A stretch of DNA of 64,000 nucleotides from an uncultured delta proteobacterium (GTDB lineage Bacteria > Desulfobacterota > Desulfobacteria > Desulfobacterales > QNYZ01). The notes under the pieces are model-generated. The model was not told the origin of the DNA and did no database searches. It worked only from the letters and a program-made list of their open reading frames with translations. Shown in pieces: positions 30,408 through 41,563 of the stretch (position 1 is the first letter of the stretch; each line of letters opens with the position of its first letter). A program made the translations under genes and the position numbers. The stretch covers positions 832,001 to 896,000 of the forward strand of contig CAWJQU010000005.1 in the NCBI GenBank assembly GCA_963845145.1, given 5' to 3'.

Positions 30408-30679
30408 GATCTGATATCGTCTGTTTAATATTAATCCTTCCTAAATCACCAGAAGATTCTTTTGCTCATCGTGGTGTCCAAGCGCACCCCCATTTTGGAC
30501 AACCATTTCGTCTTACATGCCGACACTATACTGATATGTCGATATGGCAAATAGATAGTATCACTAATTGGGTTTACGGTCGATTGAGAGTTAACAGCGC
30601 GCCTCAACAAAACAGAATAACCGTTCCCAGTTCACGGAAAGTATCAGCGCCTTTGTATGAATGAACAATTGGAGTTGGA

Positions 30680-30910
30680 ATGCCTGTCTTCAGCTACCTG
30701 GCCTACCCCAAAAAAGGGGCTAAAAATGAATTATTCGATGCGCTGACAACACTTGATCACTGTGAAGCGAGGGCCGCTGATAATGAAAATATTCTGATTT
30801 TGGTCACCGATACCCCCGACGAAGAAAGTGAGAAGGTGTTACAAAAAAAATTGAAGGCTTTAGCCTCACTCGAGTCTCTTAATATGACATTCGGCCATGC
30901 GGACGAATAA
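30680..30910 (+). CDS. napD: NapD-like Tat chaperone
   Basis: 76-aa small alpha/beta protein directly before napA; family call rests mainly on size and position. Confidence 0.65.
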   Translation: MPVFSYLAYPKKGAKNELFDALTTLDHCEARAADNENILILVTDTPDEESEKVLQKKLKALASLESLNMTFGHADE

Positions 30911-30938
30911 ACATTTTGACACATAAAAGGAGTGGCAG

Positions 30939-33254
30939 ATGGACATTAGCAGGAGGTTATTCATAAAATCAGCCGCGGCGCAAAGTGCGCTTGCTGCCGC
31001 TGCGGTGTTGTTCCCGGGAATCAGTTTTGGTGCTTGGAAGAATTTGGATTCATCTGCCGGGATGATGGAATGGAAAAAAACCCCTTGTCGGTTTTGCGGA
31101 ACCGGGTGCGGCCTTTTGGTGGGTGTATCCGGAGATCGCGCCGTGGCGGTGAAGGGAGATCCCAACTGTTCCGTCAATAAAGGATTGTGTTGTGTCAAGG
31201 GTTACCACACAGTTCAGATTCTTTATGGCAAAGACCGATTCAAAAAAGCGTATGTTCGCAAAGATGGAAAACTGACCGAGGTGCCGATAACTGAGGCCCT
31301 GGACCTCGTGGCCGGGAAATTAAAGGACACCATTGATGGGCATGGGAAGGATTCCGTGGCGATGTACGGCTCGGGACAATGGTCCATTGCGGACGGCTAT
31401 GCCGCCTCCAAACTGTTCAAAGGATGCATCGGCACCAATAACCTTGAGGCCAACGCCCGGCTTTGCATGGCATCGGCGGTGACGGGATTTATGACAAGTT
31501 TCGGCCTGGATGAACCCATGGGGTGTTATGACGATATCGATCATGCCGATGTCTTTGTCACCTGGGGCAATAATATGGCCGAGATGCACCCGGTACTTTT
31601 CTCGAGGATGTTGGCCAACCGCCAGAGCAAAGAGCATGTCAAAATTATCGATTTTGCCACCCGCACCACCCGCAGCAGCCAGGCTTCCGACAAATCCATC
31701 TTATTTCGACCCCAAACCGATTTGGCAGTGGCCAATGCCATCTGCTATGAAATCATCAAAAACAAATGGGTGGACTGGGATTTTGTCACGAAGCATACTT
31801 CCTTTCATAAAGGTAAAACCAATATTGGATACGGTACCGAGGACCATTTCAAATTCAAAGACAAGGAAGAACCCGTTGATTTTGAGGCCTACAAAACATT
31901 TCTGGAAGATTACACGCCCGAAAAAGTAGAAAAAATATCCGGGGTGTCCGCTCAGGATATCAAATACCTGGCCGCGCTTTATGGCAACCCGGATATAAAG
32001 GTGACCTCTTTCTGGTGCATGGGCATGAACCAGCACACCCGGGGCACCTGGATCAACAATCTGGTCTATAACATCCATCTCTTGGTGGGTAAAATTTCAA
32101 CACCGGGAAACAGCCCCTTTTCCCTGACCGGCCAGCCCAGCGCATGTGGCACGGTACGGGAAGTGGGAACGCTGACCCATAAGTTGCCCCACGGCGTCGT
32201 CATGAAAGAACCGCATCGTAAGATGGCGGCTGAAATTTGGGGTGTACCAGTGGAAAATATTGACCCCAAACCAACCTATCACACGGTTGAGATGTTTAGG
32301 GCGCTTGATCGCGGTGATATTCGGTTTATGTGGATTCAGGTGACCAATCCCATGGTCACCATGCCCAATTTGAGCCGTTACCGGGAGGGCGCTTTAAAGG
32401 ATGACCGTTTTGTGGTGGTGTCCGAAATTTATCCGACCCCGACCTCCGATGTGGCTGATGTCGTGCTGCCTTCGGCACTGTGGGTTGAAAGAGAAGGATT
32501 TTTTGGCAATTCGGAACGACGTACCCAGCATAACGAACAAGCCGTCCCTACCCCCGGAGAGGCCATGTGTAACACCTGGCAAATCATCGAGGTGGCCCGA
32601 CGGCTGGGATATGAAAAACAGTTTCCGTGGAGCCGGGATACCTACATCGAGGATATTTGGAATGAGTATATTCGTTTCCATGATAGCCCCAAGCACCGAA
32701 TGGCACCCTACAATGAATTGAAAGCACGGTCGGGTATTCAATGGCCGTTTGTGGATGGGATGGAGACCAAGTGGCGCTATAACGCCAAATATGATCCGGC
32801 GGCCAAAGGGGATGATTTCGATTTTTACGGTAAACCGGACCGAAAGGCCTGGATATGGCTAAGACCGTATGAGCCGGCAGCCGAGTCCCCCGATAGCGAG
32901 TACCCTTTCTGGCTCAATACCGGCCGGGTACTTGAGCATTGGCATACCGGTTCCATGACCCGGCGCGTCCCGATATTACACAAGGCGGTTCCGGCTTCCT
33001 ATGTGGAGGTCAATCCGGATGATGCGTCTGCTATGGGTATCACCAACGGGGCCAAGGTCAAGGTTTCATCGCGCCGGGGTTCCGTCGTAATGAAGGCCAG
33101 TATTAACGGCCGGGGACGCCCACCCAGAGGAATGGTTTTTGTGCCGTTTTTCGACGAAAGCCACCTAATCAATGAGGTTACCCTGGATGCCTTCTGCCCG
33201 ATTTCCAAGCAGCCGGATTATAAAAAATGCGCTGTAAAGCTGGAGAGAGCCTGA
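30939..33254 (+). CDS. napA: Periplasmic nitrate reductase catalytic subunit
   Basis: Tat signal [16 protein letters not shown] [4Fe-4S], Mo ligand [50 protein letters not shown]. Confidence 0.95.
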   Translation: MDISRRLFIKSAAAQSALAAAAVLFPGISFGAWKNLDSSAGMMEWKKTPCRFCGTGCGLLVGVSGDRAVAVKGDPNCSVNKGLCCVKGYHTVQILYGKDRFKKAYVRKDGKLTEVPITEALDLVAGKLKDTIDGHGKDSVAMYGSGQWSIADGYAASKLFKGCIGTNNLEANARLCMASAVTGFMTSFGLDEPMGCYDDIDHADVFVTWGNNMAEMHPVLFSRMLANRQSKEHVKIIDFATRTTRSSQASDKSILFRPQTDLAVANAICYEIIKNKWVDWDFVTKHTSFHKGKTNIGYGTEDHFKFKDKEEPVDFEAYKTFLEDYTPEKVEKISGVSAQDIKYLAALYGNPDIKVTSFWCMGMNQHTRGTWINNLVYNIHLLVGKISTPGNSPFSLTGQPSACGTVREVGTLTHKLPHGVVMKEPHRKMAAEIWGVPVENIDPKPTYHTVEMFRALDRGDIRFMWIQVTNPMVTMPNLSRYREGALKDDRFVVVSEIYPTPTSDVADVVLPSALWVEREGFFGNSERRTQHNEQAVPTPGEAMCNTWQIIEVARRLGYEKQFPWSRDTYIEDIWNEYIRFHDSPKHRMAPYNELKARSGIQWPFVDGMETKWRYNAKYDPAAKGDDFDFYGKPDRKAWIWLRPYEPAAESPDSEYPFWLNTGRVLEHWHTGSMTRRVPILHKAVPASYVEVNPDDASAMGITNGAKVKVSSRRGSVVMKASINGRGRPPRGMVFVPFFDESHLINEVTLDAFCPISKQPDYKKCAVKLERA

Positions 33255-33979
33255 TGGAAAAACCAACGCACGAGCCCCGGAATGATCCCAAGCATGCGTC
33301 ACAAGATAAAAGGGATCAAAAGGTAGGAAAGGTGTTTCTCATTTTCGCCGGACTTTGCATCCTGGCCTTACCCTTGGTTGTGTTCTCCGCGCTCTCCAGT
33401 GAGCCCAAGGAGATGGCGGCGGCGGCCATTGATGCCGGTAGCGGCAGTTTTGACGAAAAGGGGGACGCCATTTTCATTAATTATGACAGCCTTTCCAAGG
33501 AATATCTGGAAGGTATTTCCACGGAACGCACCCTTGATGAATATTACACCCGCAGGCAATATCCCGGCTCGCCGCCCTTGATTCCGCATAAGGTTGAAGC
33601 TGCGGATAAAGCACTGGTCGATTGTCTGGCCTGCCACGCCAAGGGCGGCTGGTCTGCGGAACTCAAAAGAAATACCCCCCTGACGCCTCACCCGGAACAA
33701 GTCGCCTGTCGGCAATGTCATGTGCCTGTGACCGAAGCAAAGCTGTTTGTCGAGCACGACTGGGTAAGCGTTGCCCCGCCCCGGCTGGGCCGGGCGCATC
33801 TGCCCGGAGCACCGCCGCCAGTGCCGCATGAACTGCAAACTCGGGGCAACTGTATCTCCTGTCATGTGGGGCCCGGTGCGGTAGCGACTATTCGTGTAGA
33901 GCATCCTTCCCGGGGCAATTGCCGACAATGCCATGTGCCGGATCTCAATTCAGGGTTTTTTGTAAGAAAATCAGAATAA
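33254..33979 (+). CDS. Membrane-anchored tetraheme cytochrome c, tandem NapB-like repeats
   Basis: One TM; PPLIPH..CLACH..CRQCH then PPPVPH..CISCH..CRQCH; ATG overlaps the napA TGA. Confidence 0.82.
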   Translation: MEKPTHEPRNDPKHASQDKRDQKVGKVFLIFAGLCILALPLVVFSALSSEPKEMAAAAIDAGSGSFDEKGDAIFINYDSLSKEYLEGISTERTLDEYYTRRQYPGSPPLIPHKVEAADKALVDCLACHAKGGWSAELKRNTPLTPHPEQVACRQCHVPVTEAKLFVEHDWVSVAPPRLGRAHLPGAPPPVPHELQTRGNCISCHVGPGAVATIRVEHPSRGNCRQCHVPDLNSGFFVRKSE

Positions 33980-33997
33980 TCGTTCATCGGGGAAATT

Positions 33998-34618
33998 ATG
34001 AAATCACCCACATCAAAAGGCCTTCTTTATTGGGTATTGCCGCTTCTGATGGTCGTGTTCTCGGGATGGTATGTTTACTCGGAAGAAGGCGGCGTCACCC
34101 AGACCTACAAACATGCCACAGCCCCGTTTGATAATAAACGCGTCGAAGCCCTGTCCGCGTTACCGGAAAGTACTGTCCGGGTCCATTCAAATGATCAAAG
34201 ACGTATTTTCCGGACACAGACACGCAAAGACAAAATGGCGCGCTTTCGTTGCACCCAGTGTCATAACGATCAAATTGTCAAGGTAACCATGGCCGCAGAA
34301 ATTGCCCACGGTGATATTGTCCTGGATCACGGTGGTCGAGAGAAGCCGTTGTCCTGTTTCACCTGTCACAAAGAAGATGAACGGGATTTTCTGGAAACCG
34401 AAACGGGTATCAAAATCGATATGGATCACAGCTATAACCTTTGCGGCCAATGCCATTTCAGGCAGAAAATAGATTGGATAGGCGGTGCCCACGGTAAGCG
34501 TATCTCCAACTGGACGGGAGAGCGGGTCGTCCAGAATTGCGTGTCGTGCCATGATCCCCATTCACCTCTCTTTAAAAAACGGTGGCCTGTCACCTACTCA
34601 CAACCGTTAAAAAAATAG
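33998..34618 (+). CDS. Membrane-anchored tetraheme cytochrome c
   Basis: N-terminal TM; CTQCH, CFTCH, CGQCH, CVSCH. Confidence 0.85.
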   Translation: MKSPTSKGLLYWVLPLLMVVFSGWYVYSEEGGVTQTYKHATAPFDNKRVEALSALPESTVRVHSNDQRRIFRTQTRKDKMARFRCTQCHNDQIVKVTMAAEIAHGDIVLDHGGREKPLSCFTCHKEDERDFLETETGIKIDMDHSYNLCGQCHFRQKIDWIGGAHGKRISNWTGERVVQNCVSCHDPHSPLFKKRWPVTYSQPLKK

Positions 34619-34628
34619 GGAAATCGAA

Positions 34629-35600
34629 ATGGCCCTTATGAAGCATAGTGGATGTTCGAAAAAACGACCGAAAAATGATTTTCAGACCCAATCGTGCGGG
34701 CGAAGAGAATTTCTTAAAGGCGCTGCAGCAGCGGCAACGCTGGGAAGCGCCGCAATGTTGACCGGTTGCGGCACCGAGGTGCTGGGTTCGACCGGAGAAC
34801 TTTCTTTGCGGTGGAAGGAGTATTTCAAAAAACATTATCGCCTCATGTCCCAGGAAGAAAAAGACGAGACCATCCGACGCCTCGAACAATTGGCCAAAAC
34901 AAATCACGGTGTGAACATTCAGATGAGTTCCAAACCGCCCACCGAGGGGGTTTTATTCGGATATGCTTTTAATGTGACCCGCTGCGAGGGGTACATGGAA
35001 TGCGTGGCCGCTTGCGTCAAGGAGAACAACCTCGACCGGAAATCAAATATCCAATATATTCGTATCTTTGAGATGGAAAATGGGAAAATGTCGCCGGAAT
35101 CCGGAGATGGAAAGTATTTTCATGAGGTGCCGGTGGAAGATCATTTCTATATGGGGGTTCAATGCTTCCATTGTCAAAATGCCCCCTGTGTCAAGGCCTG
35201 CCCCACGAAGGCGACCTGGCAGGAGCCGGACGGGATTGTGGTGGTGGACTATGACTGGTGTATCGGCTGTCGGTATTGTATCGCCGCCTGCCCTTATTAC
35301 GGTCGCCGCTTCAACTGGAATGAACCGCAGGTGCCACCGGATAAAATGACGAAAAAACAACACTACCTCGGCAACCGGATGCGATCCAGAGGACAGATGG
35401 AAAAGTGTACATTTTGTATCCAGCGCAGTCGGGAGGGACGCCTTCCCGCGTGTGCCGAGGCCTGTCCGACGGGTGCCAGAGTGTTCGGCAACCTTCTGGA
35501 CCCCGATAGTGAAATCCGGTTTGTTTTGAAAAATAAAAAGGTTTTCCGTTTTAAAGAGGATCTGGGGACAGATCCGAAATTCTGGTATTTTATCGATTAA
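34629..35600 (+). CDS. NrfC/DmsB-like 4Fe-4S dicluster protein, Tat exported
   Basis: GRREFLK, CFHCQNAPCVKACP, CIGCRYCIAACP, KCTFC..PACAEACP. Confidence 0.9.
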   Translation: MALMKHSGCSKKRPKNDFQTQSCGRREFLKGAAAAATLGSAAMLTGCGTEVLGSTGELSLRWKEYFKKHYRLMSQEEKDETIRRLEQLAKTNHGVNIQMSSKPPTEGVLFGYAFNVTRCEGYMECVAACVKENNLDRKSNIQYIRIFEMENGKMSPESGDGKYFHEVPVEDHFYMGVQCFHCQNAPCVKACPTKATWQEPDGIVVVDYDWCIGCRYCIAACPYYGRRFNWNEPQVPPDKMTKKQHYLGNRMRSRGQMEKCTFCIQRSREGRLPACAEACPTGARVFGNLLDPDSEIRFVLKNKKVFRFKEDLGTDPKFWYFID

Positions 35601-35660
35601 CCATACTAAAAACCACGTATATCGGTTTTATCATTATAAGCTGACCAAGGGGCCCAATCG

Positions 35661-36899
35661 ATGGTTCAGGAACAAGAAATATCGAAGAAGTCAATCGTCA
35701 AAGAATTGATATCGTTTGTTAAAGACATCATTTTTTGGAATTTATCCGGCGGGTTGCGATATCAGCTATTCTTGTGTTTGCTGGCTGCCATCATGCTGTT
35801 GGGTGTGTATTCCTATTTTGTACAGTTTAAAATAGGTCTGGCGGCCACCAACATGTCTGACATCGTCAGTTGGGGATTCTACATATCGAACTTTACGTTT
35901 CTGGTCGGCGTGGCGGCCGCAGCGGTCATGATTATATTGCCGTCTTATCTTTTCAAGGATAAAGACCTGCATAAAGTCGTTATTATCGGTGAAGTGGTGG
36001 CCATCGGTGCCCTGGTCATGTGTCTGATGTTCGTTTTTGTCGATCTGGGCGCCCCGCTAAAAGCGTGGCACATGATGCCTGTGATCGGGCTCTTTAATTG
36101 GCCGACATCACTTTTAACCTGGGATGTCCTCGTTTTAAACGTCTATTTGGTCTTAAACCTGATGGTTCCGGCCTATATCCTTTTTTGCCATTACAATGAC
36201 CGGAACCCCCATTCGATGTATCGCTTTTTCGTGTTTATCTCCATATTCTGGGCGTTTGGCATCCACCTGGTTACGGCTTTTTTATACCAGGGGCTCCCGG
36301 CACGCCCGTTTTGGAACAACCCCTTGATGGGCCCCCGGTTTTTGGCTTCGGCTTTTGCGGCCGGCCCGGCGCTTATCTCCGTCGTCTTGATTATTATTCA
36401 CTCACTTACCGATTTCAAAATTGACACCCAGATTTTCAATAAGCTGCGGCGTATCATTGTGATAGCAGCCATCATCAACTTGATTATGCTCTTTTCGGAG
36501 ATTTTCAAGGAGTTCTACCTGCCCACCCACCACAGCTTGCCGGCCATCTATCTCTACTTTGGCCTCAAGGGGCACCACGCATTGGTCCCCTGGATCTGGT
36601 CCGCCATCAGCATGAATCTCATCGGCACACTGGTGTTGGCCTTTAATCCGGGCAAAAACCACCCTTGGGTACTTTTCCCGGCATGCATTTTACTTTTTAT
36701 AGGGATCTGGATTGAAAAAGGTATCGGCTTAATCGTGCCGGGCCTGGTGCCCTCACCTTTAGGAGAAGTGGTTGATTATGCCCCCTCTTGGGTGGAAGTG
36801 GGCGTGACGCTCGGCATCCTGGCTTTGGGCATTTTTGTTGTTACCGTGCTACTCAAACCTGCGCTGATCATTGAACGACGGTTTGAGGGGGAGCTCTAA
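35661..36899 (+). CDS. NrfD/PsrC family quinol-oxidising membrane anchor
   Basis: VSWGFYISNFTFLVGVAA, VDLGAP, SLLTWD, IHLVTAFL, PRFLASAF, IWIEKG; about ten TMs. Confidence 0.9.
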   Translation: MVQEQEISKKSIVKELISFVKDIIFWNLSGGLRYQLFLCLLAAIMLLGVYSYFVQFKIGLAATNMSDIVSWGFYISNFTFLVGVAAAAVMIILPSYLFKDKDLHKVVIIGEVVAIGALVMCLMFVFVDLGAPLKAWHMMPVIGLFNWPTSLLTWDVLVLNVYLVLNLMVPAYILFCHYNDRNPHSMYRFFVFISIFWAFGIHLVTAFLYQGLPARPFWNNPLMGPRFLASAFAAGPALISVVLIIIHSLTDFKIDTQIFNKLRRIIVIAAIINLIMLFSEIFKEFYLPTHHSLPAIYLYFGLKGHHALVPWIWSAISMNLIGTLVLAFNPGKNHPWVLFPACILLFIGIWIEKGIGLIVPGLVPSPLGEVVDYAPSWVEVGVTLGILALGIFVVTVLLKPALIIERRFEGEL

Positions 36900-36959
36900 A
36901 TCCCTCGCCCAAAATTACTTCACATCATTAGGCACCGACCATACCGCCCGGCTATTCTT

Positions 36960-38072
36960 TTACAAAATTTGAATATCGACGACCTGGTGAAATTGCGCCA
37001 CGGAGGCAATGATGGCGTCAGGGGAGGTGGCTTTTAAAGTATCGAACCCATCAAACCCGGTGAGGACGGCGATGGTTTTCATCCCGGCGTTTTTACCAGC
37101 CTCAATATCCGTTCGCATGTCACCGACGTAAACACAACCTTCGGCTGGAATGTTTAGCTTTTGAGCACAAAGATATAATGGATCCGGGGCTGGTTTTTTT
37201 CTTTCGGTATCATCGATGGTGATGATGATGTCAAGCAAGCGGTCCAAATCATATTTTTTCAAAACCGCTTCTTTATTCGCCATATTGGCCTTGAGCGTTG
37301 AGGTGACGACGCCGATGGGGGTGCCGGTTTGGGCGATTTTCATCAAGGTTTCACGGGTTCCGGGGATGGGTGTTACATGTTTATGGAAAATATCCGGATA
37401 CAATGCATTAATGCGTTTCAATACTTTTTCAAGAAGATCCGGTTTTGAAACCATGGCTCCGCGCGGTAAAACCAAAGCCCAGTTAAATTCATCGTATCGG
37501 GCGGCTTCCAGTATTTTTGATCGGGGTACGTTGGGGAGTCCCAGGCTTTCGAAAGCGGCTTCGATGATCGAATAGTATACATTCGTTGAATCGATGAGCG
37601 TGCCGTCCAAATCAAAGATGGCCGCCTGGGCAACAATCGTCGGACGTAACGCTTCGCGGTCATTTACGATTACGGTGACCAAAGCCCCCTCTTTCAGGGA
37701 AAAGGTGTCGCGTAATCCGATAGGAGCGATAATTTCCACAATGTTTTTTCCATGCACGCGGGCCTTATCTTCCGGAATGATGATGGCGACTTGAATGCCC
37801 TGGATGGTGGCCGCAAGCGCCTCGCCGGTACAAAAAGACGGATCGACGGGAACCAGTTCCACCCTCTTGAGGGTGGACTTTTCAATTTTTCGCCACAGAT
37901 CGCCGGATGCAACCTGAAGGTTAAGGGTTCCGGGGTAGGGGATAAAGCCAAGTTTGTCCCTACACTGATCCTTTACCCAATCCAACTGGGTGAAAAAAAC
38001 CGCCTCACCCTTGCCGCTGACGACTTTCCCGGTAAATGACCATTGACCCTTTCTAGGTGTGCTTTCGGTCAT
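36960..38072 (-). CDS. Fusion: CTP-dependent riboflavin kinase (DUF120) + HAD phosphatase
   Basis: N-part GKVVSGKGEAVFF, LGFIPYPGTLN, VEIIAPIGLR..L..G..V; C-part FDLDGTLIDS, VVTS, KPAPDP, YVGD..DIEAG. Confidence 0.85.
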   Translation of the reverse strand: MTESTPRKGQWSFTGKVVSGKGEAVFFTQLDWVKDQCRDKLGFIPYPGTLNLQVASGDLWRKIEKSTLKRVELVPVDPSFCTGEALAATIQGIQVAIIIPEDKARVHGKNIVEIIAPIGLRDTFSLKEGALVTVIVNDREALRPTIVAQAAIFDLDGTLIDSTNVYYSIIEAAFESLGLPNVPRSKILEAARYDEFNWALVLPRGAMVSKPDLLEKVLKRINALYPDIFHKHVTPIPGTRETLMKIAQTGTPIGVVTSTLKANMANKEAVLKKYDLDRLLDIIITIDDTERKKPAPDPLYLCAQKLNIPAEGCVYVGDMRTDIEAGKNAGMKTIAVLTGFDGFDTLKATSPDAIIASVAQFHQVVDIQIL

Positions 38073-38398
38073 TTCTGAAACCATTTTTGTTTCTGGAAGT
38101 CGTCCGGTGTTTGGGTGGATCGGACTTTTACCATGGACCCAAGTCTTTTTATGAACGCATGGCCTTCAGGGAAAATTATTTCGAGGGATAAAATTGCCCG
38201 TCCGAGGGTTTGGTCACACGCCGATTGGAAGATCTCCCGATCCGAAGGAGTAAAAAGATCATAGGCCTGCTTCAAATTGTTAATCCAATGGGAAAGGGCC
38301 TTCAGATCAAGGGCTTCTTGTGATTGTTTCTGGTAAACATAACCTTCGAGGGCTCCTGCAGATGCAGCAAATTCGTAAATTTGGGTGTAAAGATGCAT
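38069..38398 (-). CDS. Hypothetical protein in the rnf operon
   Basis: 109-aa ORF, stop overlaps the next ATG (ATGA). Confidence 0.7.
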   Translation of the reverse strand: MHLYTQIYEFAASAGALEGYVYQKQSQEALDLKALSHWINNLKQAYDLFTPSDREIFQSACDQTLGRAILSLEIIFPEGHAFIKRLGSMVKVRSTQTPDDFQKQKWFQK

Positions 38399-38474
38399 GG
38401 GAGTGGGTATCCTTTTTTATAGTAGTGGTGCACCGGCCAGGTGTCGGTCTTTTGGTGGAACCGAATAGATGAAT

Positions 38475-39386
38475 TTATCCCCGCCATTCCGTATCGTCCA
38501 CTGTGGTTTTAAAATCCGGTTCGACAACCGTGGGCAGTTCTTCCTCGGCAACGGCAAGGATGTCTTTGTCAGAGGGTATGCCAACAAAGACGAGCCGGTT
38601 GCGAGGGCATTTCTCGGCGGCCTTCATTCCCGTCTTTAGATTCTCCAGGGTGTAGTTGTCATAATTGATGGTGGACAAGTTATTGTGGATGGTAAACATG
38701 TCTGATGCCCGTTCACAAGCCCGACATCCCAGACAGCCCACCTTACAGACGGCCTTTACATCCTTGCCCATATCGTGATTGGAGCACTCCACCACCAGCA
38801 TACGATCGGTCTTGAAGGGTGCCATGGTAATGATGTTCCGAGGGCAGACCTTGGCGCACGCACCACACCCAATGCATTTTGCATAATCAACACGCGCCAG
38901 ACCATTTTCAACCTGGATGGCATCATATTCACAGGCACGGGTACAATCACCAAACCCGAGACAACCATAGGTGCATCCCTGCACGTCCGTCACCAGGTTG
39001 GCCAGTCGGCAGCGTTGTTCACCCTTGTAGGGGTGTCGGCCGAAGCGGTCGCTATAGCGGCTACCACAATGAACCACGGGTCGCCAGGGATAGCTGGCAG
39101 TTGCTTCCACACCTAACAGATCCGCCAGGGATTCCGTACAACTTTTGCCACCAACGGTGCAAAGATTAACCGGGGTATCTTCCAACACCACCGCCTCTGC
39201 GTATTCGGCACATCCCACATAGCCACAACCACCACAGTTGGCGCCGGGCAGTATTTCAATGGCCGCATCCACACGCGGGTCCATCTCAACGTGAAAGGCA
39301 CGATTCGCCCACCCCAATACGAATGAAAACACCATGGCCATGACAAGCATGGTGGCAGCGGCCAATGCAATGATTATCCAGGCCAT
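38475..39386 (-). CDS. rnfB: Rnf complex subunit B
   Basis: [37 protein letters not shown]. Confidence 0.92.
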   Translation of the reverse strand: MAWIIIALAAATMLVMAMVFSFVLGWANRAFHVEMDPRVDAAIEILPGANCGGCGYVGCAEYAEAVVLEDTPVNLCTVGGKSCTESLADLLGVEATASYPWRPVVHCGSRYSDRFGRHPYKGEQRCRLANLVTDVQGCTYGCLGFGDCTRACEYDAIQVENGLARVDYAKCIGCGACAKVCPRNIITMAPFKTDRMLVVECSNHDMGKDVKAVCKVGCLGCRACERASDMFTIHNNLSTINYDNYTLENLKTGMKAAEKCPRNRLVFVGIPSDKDILAVAEEELPTVVEPDFKTTVDDTEWRG

Positions 39387-40225
39387 GGCACCTCCCAATG
39401 GGTTTGCCCATGGCCTATTATCATTTTATTGGATGGTTGCCTGTTTTTCGTATTTGAGCGTTGCTTCATGCTGGGTGGCACGGACGCCGGGGTCACCGCC
39501 GGTTCGGTTTTTTCCACTGCGGCCGGTATCGGCGACAAAGCGTTCCGCAAGCCTGAATCCACGCCGGTGAAGCCCATAAAGGCCATGGCCAGAATGCCAC
39601 CGACTACCAGGGTGATGGCAGCTCCCTTAAAAGGCTTGGGCACATCGCACAAGTCCAGCTCTTCCCGAATGCCGGCCATGATGACAATGGCAAGGGTAAA
39701 TCCTGCCCCACCGAAAAAGGCCAAAGTCAGAGCCCGTCCCAAGTCCCACCGTTCCGCCGGATTTTCAGCACCGACCACGTGACTCATGATTACCAGGCAG
39801 GCGAACAGGATCGCGCAGTTGGTGGTGATCAAGGGTAAAAACACACCGAACGCCTTGTAAAGCAATGGAAAAAAACGGCGCACATACATCTCCACAAACT
39901 GAACCGAGGCGCTGATGGCGAAGATGTAAACAATGTAGCTTAAGATCGTCAGATCGACACGGGCGGCGGCTTCAGCCGGCAGGAAAAAGCTCGCCACCAG
40001 CCGGGTGAGCGGTGCGCCGGGCATCAGTACAAAGGTGGTGACGGTCCAGGAAATGAAAGCGGCAATGGTAATAACGAACGTAACCGCACAGCCCATGCCC
40101 ACGGCCATGCCCACATGTCGGGACACGCCGATAAACGGACAGATACCCACAAAATAGTACAGGACGAAATTGTTGATCAGGGCAGCGCTCAGGGCGATGA
40201 GCAATATGTCGGTTAGATATTCCAT
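39374..40225 (-). CDS. rnfA: Rnf complex subunit A (long C-terminal tail)
   Basis: [36 protein letters not shown]. Confidence 0.92.
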   Translation of the reverse strand: MEYLTDILLIALSAALINNFVLYYFVGICPFIGVSRHVGMAVGMGCAVTFVITIAAFISWTVTTFVLMPGAPLTRLVASFFLPAEAAARVDLTILSYIVYIFAISASVQFVEMYVRRFFPLLYKAFGVFLPLITTNCAILFACLVIMSHVVGAENPAERWDLGRALTLAFFGGAGFTLAIVIMAGIREELDLCDVPKPFKGAAITLVVGGILAMAFMGFTGVDSGLRNALSPIPAAVEKTEPAVTPASVPPSMKQRSNTKNRQPSNKMIIGHGQTHWEVPWPG

Positions 40226-40247
40226 GTCGTCGTTCCGGTTCCTATTT

Positions 40248-40871
40248 TTAGCGTTGACCGCCTGGACGGTTGCGTCGGGCAGAAACCCAATTAACAGCTG
40301 CCAGCAGCAGGCCGAAGGTAAAAAAAGCGCCGGGAGGAAGCACCATGATCACCCAATCCGGCCAACCCGGCGGCATGACCCGTACCCCAAACAGAGCACC
40401 GACCCCCAAGATCTCACGAATCGCGGCGATGCTTAACAGCGCCAGGGCAAATCCCAAACTCTGACCCACCGCATCGGCACCAGCAACGAAAACCGATTGT
40501 TTGGAGGCACAAACCTCGCAGCGGCTGATAATGATGCAATTGACGATAATCAGGGGGATATAAGGCCCCAGGGTTTTACTCATCTGGTAAAGGTAGGCGG
40601 CTAAAAACCGGTCGGCAATGGTGACGAAGGTGGCGATGGTTAGCGTAAAGACGACAATTCGCAGATGCGGCTTTAGCAGGTTGCGAATCAAGCTGGTAAT
40701 AACATTGGCGCATAGCAAAACAAATCCGACGGCACCGGCCATGGTAAGGGCTGTTTTGAGACTGTTGGTAACCGCCAATGTCGGGCACAAGCCAAGCAAC
40801 TGGCGGTAGACCGGGTTTTCAGGAAGTATGCCATTGATAAACCGTTCGGTGGCGGTGGGCAATTCAGCCAT
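40248..40871 (-). CDS. rnfE: Rnf complex subunit E
   Basis: [37 protein letters not shown]. Confidence 0.93.
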   Translation of the reverse strand: MAELPTATERFINGILPENPVYRQLLGLCPTLAVTNSLKTALTMAGAVGFVLLCANVITSLIRNLLKPHLRIVVFTLTIATFVTIADRFLAAYLYQMSKTLGPYIPLIIVNCIIISRCEVCASKQSVFVAGADAVGQSLGFALALLSIAAIREILGVGALFGVRVMPPGWPDWVIMVLPPGAFFTFGLLLAAVNWVSARRNRPGGQR

Positions 40872-41550
40872 TGGATTTCTCCTCTTTCCCAACGGTAGAC
40901 GGGGTGGCAGAAAGGGGTTGGCGTAAATCGCGGATGGCAGCATTTACCAAGCCGGTAACGCTTTTGGATGAGATCGTCGCCCCAGTGATGGCATCGATCT
41001 CTTCTGCCGTATCAGCGCCGGTTTTGACGACCCTGAGCGACGACACCGTCGCTTTTTGGATAAATTGCTTTCGCCAGGATTCCGTGACGATCTTATTGCC
41101 CAACCCCGGTGTCTCTTTTTGGTCCAGGATGTACAGACCGGTGATAGCGTCAAAATCGGGCGAAAGTCCCAACAATAATTCGATACTGTCCGCATAGCCC
41201 CGGCCTTTGGTTTTTACCACCCACCCGCGCAGGTGGCCCTGATAGCGTGTCTCGTAGATGCGGTAATATTTTGTTTTCCCTGTTGATTCCACGGCGACCT
41301 GACGGGGTTCAATCGTAAGGGTTTGATTTTCAGCCGCCATCTTACTCGCCAAAGATTTTCCCAGAACCAAAAGCGGTATTCTCTCCCGGGTCTCGTTGAT
41401 TTTATTGCTCTCGATTTTGGGCCCCAAGGTCAACTGCACGCCGGCGAGAGATACGCCGAAACCGACGGCCAGCAACAGTACCAGCCAGGCCTGGATGAGA
41501 CTGCTTTTTTTCAAGCTTCCGATATGGTTATTTTCTGTTTTTGCGGTCAT
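40864..41550 (-). CDS. rnfG: Rnf complex subunit G (covalent FMN)
   Basis: GY..SI, ETPGLG, flavinylation motif DAITGATISS. Confidence 0.92.
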   Translation of the reverse strand: MTAKTENNHIGSLKKSSLIQAWLVLLLAVGFGVSLAGVQLTLGPKIESNKINETRERIPLLVLGKSLASKMAAENQTLTIEPRQVAVESTGKTKYYRIYETRYQGHLRGWVVKTKGRGYADSIELLLGLSPDFDAITGLYILDQKETPGLGNKIVTESWRKQFIQKATVSSLRVVKTGADTAEEIDAITGATISSKSVTGLVNAAIRDLRQPLSATPSTVGKEEKSNG

Positions 41551-41563
41551 TGTCTTTAGTGGT

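Noticed and set aside
30460..30560. Molybdenum-cofactor riboswitch in the long nap leader
   Set aside because: Only short hairpins seen (TGTCCAA/TTGGACA); cannot match the family by eye, needs an Rfam scan
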